Positions 56,708-60,723 of a stretch of 60,723 nucleotides of DNA are shown one piece after another. The stretch's first letter is position 1; each line of letters begins with the position of its first letter. The translations under genes and the position numbers were made by a program. The stretch is from the NCBI GenBank assembly GCA_030765585.1, contig JAVCCJ010000034.1, positions 1-60,723 on the forward strand, given 5' to 3'. The notes beneath the pieces are model-generated. The model searched no databases, was not told the origin of the DNA, and saw only the letters and a program-made list of their open reading frames with translations. The stretch comes from Candidatus Zapsychrus exili. Its GTDB lineage: Bacteria; Omnitrophota; Gorgyraeia; Zapsychrales; Zapsychraceae.

Positions 56708-58456
56708 ATGGCTAGACCAAGGATGGGCGAAATACTGCTCAAAAAAGGACTTATTACTTTAGAGCAACTAGAAAAAAGTCTTGAGACTCAAAAGAAACAA
56801 GGGGGTCGTATAGGTGAGATCTTTATAAGTCTCGGCTTTATATCAGAAGAGAATATGATAGCTGAACTAGGTCTTCAGCTAGGCATACCATATTATTCTT
56901 CAGAGCAACCAGAACTACTTACTCCAAACCCTGATCAAGAGCTAGAAAAGCTCATACCTAGTGATTTTGCACGCAAAAACAACGTGCTACCGCTATCTAA
57001 GAATATGAACTCATTAACATGCGCTATAAACGACCCTTCAGAGCTTATTTTAATAGATAATATAAAAAGAATTACTGACTGTGAAACAAATATAGTGCTA
57101 GCTACAAAAAAATCTATACAAAAAGCTATAGGCAAGTTCTATTTTGGAGAAAGTGGAAGTATAACTGACGACTCCAAACATTCTATGCTTAATCAAGCTG
57201 TTGAGAAGTCTTATGCTCAAAATGAAGATAACATCTCAATAGCAAGCTCTTCGACAAATACTGCATCCGCAGAACTTAGTTTAGACAGTCTTATAGCAAA
57301 AGCTGGGGAAGCTCCTGTTATCAAACTTGTTGACTTAATTATTCGCCAGGCAATAGATGAACAAGCGAGTGATATTCACATAGAACCTTTTGAAAACAAT
57401 ATTCATCTTCGATATAGAATAGATGGAACCTTATACGACATACCGCCTCCAGCTCCTCATTTACATTTACCAATAGTTTCTCGTATAAAAATTTTAGCTA
57501 AACTAGATATAGCAGAAAAACGTCTCCCACAAGATGGCAATATTACAGCAAAGCTTGAAGACAGAGCTGTTGACTTAAGAATCTCCACCATACCAACGGT
57601 TTGGGGAGAAAAAGTAGTTATGAGAATCTTAGACAAAGGCGCTGTAAACCTTCAGCTAGGAAGCCTTGGTTTCGACACTAAACAAGTAGAGACGATCAGA
57701 AAAGCCTTAAAATCTCCATATGGATTATTTTTTGTAACAGGACCAACTGGAAGCGGAAAATCTACCACGCTTTATTCTTCACTAAACGAAGTTATGGATT
57801 CAACTAAAAACATTATGACAGCAGAAAACCCAGTTGAATATAAATTAGAGGGTATAAATCAAATAAATGTGCGCTCTGCAATTGGACTTACATTCGCAAC
57901 AGCGCTTAAAGCATTCTTACGTCAAGATCCTGATATTATCATGGTTGGAGAGGTAAGAGACCTAGAAACTGCTTCTATATGTATACGAGCTGCATTAACA
58001 GGGCATTTCGTTTTAAGCACACTACATACTAATGATGCTGCCTCTGCTATAACTAGACTTATGGACATTGGAGTATCTAGCTTTTTACTTACACCTTCTT
58101 TAACGCTTATAATTGGACAACGACTTGCGAAGAAACTCTGCTCAGAATGCAAAGAGCCTTACGAACCTACGCCTGAACAACATGGTGGAATAAAATTCAA
58201 AAGTGATTTAATATATAAACCGAAAGGATGTGAGAAGTGCAATCACCATGGTTATAGGGGAAGAGTGGTTGTGTCAGAAGTCCTAGAAGTTAATGATAAA
58301 ATAAGAGCATTGATATCTAAGAATGCGGCTTCAAATGAGATTAAAGATGCAGCAAGATCTAACGGTATGTCTACTATATTTGAAACAGGAATCAAACTAG
58401 TCGAAAATGGCATAACTAGCTTTGAAGAAATTTGCAGAGTAAGTATCGAAGTATAA
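56708..58456 (+). CDS. pilB: PilB/GspE assembly ATPase with N-terminal MshEN motif
   Basis: ASDIHIEP, LPQDG, GPTGSGKST, LRQDPDIIMVGEVRD, TGH.VLSTLHTN, tetracysteine motif. Confidence 0.92.
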   Translation: MARPRMGEILLKKGLITLEQLEKSLETQKKQGGRIGEIFISLGFISEENMIAELGLQLGIPYYSSEQPELLTPNPDQELEKLIPSDFARKNNVLPLSKNMNSLTCAINDPSELILIDNIKRITDCETNIVLATKKSIQKAIGKFYFGESGSITDDSKHSMLNQAVEKSYAQNEDNISIASSSTNTASAELSLDSLIAKAGEAPVIKLVDLIIRQAIDEQASDIHIEPFENNIHLRYRIDGTLYDIPPPAPHLHLPIVSRIKILAKLDIAEKRLPQDGNITAKLEDRAVDLRISTIPTVWGEKVVMRILDKGAVNLQLGSLGFDTKQVETIRKALKSPYGLFFVTGPTGSGKSTTLYSSLNEVMDSTKNIMTAENPVEYKLEGINQINVRSAIGLTFATALKAFLRQDPDIIMVGEVRDLETASICIRAALTGHFVLSTLHTNDAASAITRLMDIGVSSFLLTPSLTLIIGQRLAKKLCSECKEPYEPTPEQHGGIKFKSDLIYKPKGCEKCNHHGYRGRVVVSEVLEVNDKIRALISKNAASNEIKDAARSNGMSTIFETGIKLVENGITSFEEICRVSIEV

Positions 58457-58491
58457 TATAATAAATAATAATTCAAAAGAGGAACATAATA

Positions 58492-59735
58492 ATGCCAAAA
58501 TTTTCTTATGTTGTAAAAGACAGAGAAGGTCACACTAAAAAAAATGTTGTCGAAGAAATTAGCCAGTCTATTCTTGTTTCAAAACTGCAAGCGCAAGAAT
58601 ATTTTATAATAAGCGTAAAAGAAATTAGCATGCCAATACCTCTTGCCAAAAAAAGACAACAAAAGAAAAAGAAAAAACAGTTCTCTCATAAAAAAGTTAA
58701 ACTAGAAGATTTACTTACTTTTTCACGCCAACTTGCAACAATGCTTGAATCTGGAGTAAATTTGGTACGAAGCTTAACTGTTATTCAGACACAAATACAA
58801 AGTGAACAGCTTTCAAAAATAATAAAACAAATACGAAACGATGTTGAGCAAGGTCTGTCTTTGAGTCCAGCACTTGCAAAACATCCGAAAGTTTTTAATC
58901 AATTTTGGGTAAGTTTAGTTGAAGTAGGAGAGGCCTCAGGAACTATGTCTACCGTTTTAAATAAACTCTCTTTTTACCTTGAACAACAAGCATCCTTTAG
59001 ATCAACAATTACATCTGGAATAATATATCCTTTAGTTTTATTGGCGTATCAGTTGGTGCCATTACATTTTTTGCTCTTTTTGTTGGCCCAAGATTTCAAT
59101 CCATCTTTCAGTCAATGGGGGCAGAACTACCTGCTATAACGACTATACTGCTCGCAACATTTGCATTTATAAAGAAAAACTTTCTATTGCTAGTTGGAGC
59201 AATTATCATAGCAGTGCAATTGTTTAAAAAGTATATAAAAACATACGTCGGAAGAATGAATTTCGAAAACTTTCTTTTTAATACTCCTACAATAGGTGAA
59301 ATATTCAAACTTATTGTGGTAGAAAGATTTACATCTCAAATGGCTATATTAATTGATGCTGGTGTTCCTATTTTATACGCACTTGATATATCAGAAAAGC
59401 TTGTTGACAATATAACTTGTGCTCAGATAATCAACGACATAAAGGAAGGTGTTAAAAAAGGTTCTCTTCTTGTAGATCAAATGCAAGAAAGCGAATTTTT
59501 TCCTCCCATGGCAATACAAATGATTATGGTAGGCGAAGAAACAGGAGAGCTTAGCAAAATGCTTAAGCACGTTGCAAACTATTACCAAGAAAATGTAGAA
59601 ACCTTTATGAAACGTTTTGCAACTATTATTGAACCTTTTATGCTTGTCTTTATGGGAGGTATAATAGGAACCATCGTTCTGGCAATGTTCTTGCCAATGT
59701 TTAACCTATCTCAGCTTGGTGGAGGTATGGGGTAA
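58492..59735 (+). pseudogene. pilC: PilC/GspF inner-membrane platform protein with a 1-nt frameshift near 59041
   Basis: FSRQLATMLESG...GEASG in the first frame; GEETGEL...IIEP in the second; adding one base at 59041-59043 restores IYPLVL-GVSVGAITFFALFVGPRF. Confidence 0.85.
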
Positions 59736-59900
59736 TAAGAACAAACTATTGAAGATTTCTAAATGTTTATTCTGTAACGATTTATGAATTCTTTCTTATT
59801 CCGAAAGATAGGAAAATTTATAAAATTTACCTTTAAAATAACCTATTTTTAAGGTAAACTAATAAAGTTAAAGAAAATTTACTATAGATTTTACCGTTAT

Positions 59901-59929
59901 TTGACAAACCAGTTTTTTTGTGGCATACT
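59901..59929 (+). promoter_or_regulatory. Sigma70 promoter of the pilin leader
   Basis: TTGACA-N17-CATACT, about 40 nt upstream of the riboswitch. Confidence 0.7.
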
Positions 59930-59968
59930 TTTCGTAGAAGGTAAAAGAAGTTCTTTTGAAGTGTATTT

Positions 59969-60096
59969 GATTATTGTACAGGTAAACTGCCCGTAAGGGT
60001 AGGACACAAAACTAGAGGACCCAAGCTCAAAGATTTTTTTTTGAGATTATATATAGATGTGAACATTAAGTATAGGGTAGCCAGTTGCCGATAATC
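59969..60096 (+). promoter_or_regulatory. Cyclic di-GMP-I (GEMM-I) riboswitch
   Basis: P1 GATTATTG/CGATAATC; GGTAAA; P2 CTGCCC-GTAA-GGGTAG; GACACAAA; P3 AACTAG..ACCC/GGGT..CCAGTT; 3' GCCGA. Confidence 0.85.
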
Positions 60097-60137
60097 GTAT
60101 AATGACAACTTAAGGCAAAGTAAATCTAATTTAGTGC

Positions 60138-60170
60138 ACCTATTCTGCGGAAAGCGGGATAGGTTTTTTT
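60138..60170 (+). terminator. Intrinsic terminator, probable riboswitch expression platform
   Basis: ACCTATTCTGC-GGAAA-GCGGGATAGGT followed by a T run, between aptamer and pilin ATG. Confidence 0.8.
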
Positions 60171-60295
60171 ATTGAATACATAGATTGCAAAGTATTTTAA
60201 AGGTTATTGAACAGACAGAGGCCTAAAAAAACTGATAAATCGTAACAAAACAAAAAAAGAACAAAAGCGAAGTTAAAAATAAAAAGGAGACAAAA

Positions 60296-60718
60296 ATGAA
60301 ACTTAACAAACTTAACAAAAAAAGCGGTTTTACATTACTTGAAATTATTATCGTTATTATAATTGTTGGTGTCTTAGCAAGTTTAGCATTACCTAGATTC
60401 TTCCAAACAGTCAAATTTGCAAAAAGTACTGAAGCCTTAAATACTCTTGGTGCAATAAGAAGAGCTGTTGATCGTTGTGCAATGATGACTGGAGCTGCAT
60501 TAACTTATGGAAACTGTAAAAGCTACGCACAGATAGGAATGGAGAACCCGAGCACTGAATCAGAAACGTTCGCTTATACATTTGGTTCAACCAGCACTAC
60601 AACAAGTTTAATTGCAACAAGTGCTGATGGAGTTATTACTCTTAAAATAAATTATGCCAACCTAGCCAATATAGTCGTTACTAGGACTGGTACCAGTTCA
60701 TACGCACAAATAAAGTAG
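60296..60718 (+). CDS. pilA: Type IV pilin (probable major pilin)
   Basis: RBS AGGAG; KKSG/FTLLEIIIVIIIVGVLASLALP; Cys pair RCAMM...NC. Confidence 0.85.
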   Translation: MKLNKLNKKSGFTLLEIIIVIIIVGVLASLALPRFFQTVKFAKSTEALNTLGAIRRAVDRCAMMTGAALTYGNCKSYAQIGMENPSTESETFAYTFGSTSTTTSLIATSADGVITLKINYANLANIVVTRTGTSSYAQIK

Positions 60719-60723
60719 TAAAA

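Noticed and set aside
59921-59935. Sigma54 promoter for the pilin (TGGCAT...)
   Set aside because: The -12 element reads TCGT, not TTGC; a good sigma70 promoter overlaps it

Overview
A low-GC bacterial chromosomal window, densely coding and almost entirely on the + strand. Gene content and style resemble Candidatus Omnitrophota/PVC, but that is an unverified inference. Housekeeping content: miaB, an orphan RND pump, nadA, metX-metW, a nifS/split-nifU Fe-S cluster, murB, ispH-ferredoxin-pduO divergent from ispG, a stand-alone GMP synthase ATPPase subunit, hisK-type PHP phosphatase, folE, fxsA, fabG-acpP-fabF, leuB-asd-truA, rplM-rpsI, a 15-gene argCJBDFGH-lysA-dapFABL-folK-panC-nadX run and uvrA. 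The last 14 kb holds a TPR-ExbB-ExbD-TonB-anchor module next to a hybrid type IV pilus/T2SS-like cluster (HTH, PilM-PilN fusion, PilO, PilP/GspC-like, secretin, PilB, PilC, pilin). That cluster appears to be c-di-GMP controlled twice: a GEMM-I riboswitch plus terminator before the pilin, and a tandem MshEN motif on PilB. Intergenic DNA carries at least six short-repeat families, often nested at the same sites and sometimes supplying gene C-termini, plus a 220-bp highly structured element of unknown identity. argF has an in-frame TAG and pilC a 1-nt frameshift; these may be real lesions or assembly errors. No tRNA, rRNA, CRISPR array, integrase or transposase was recognised.
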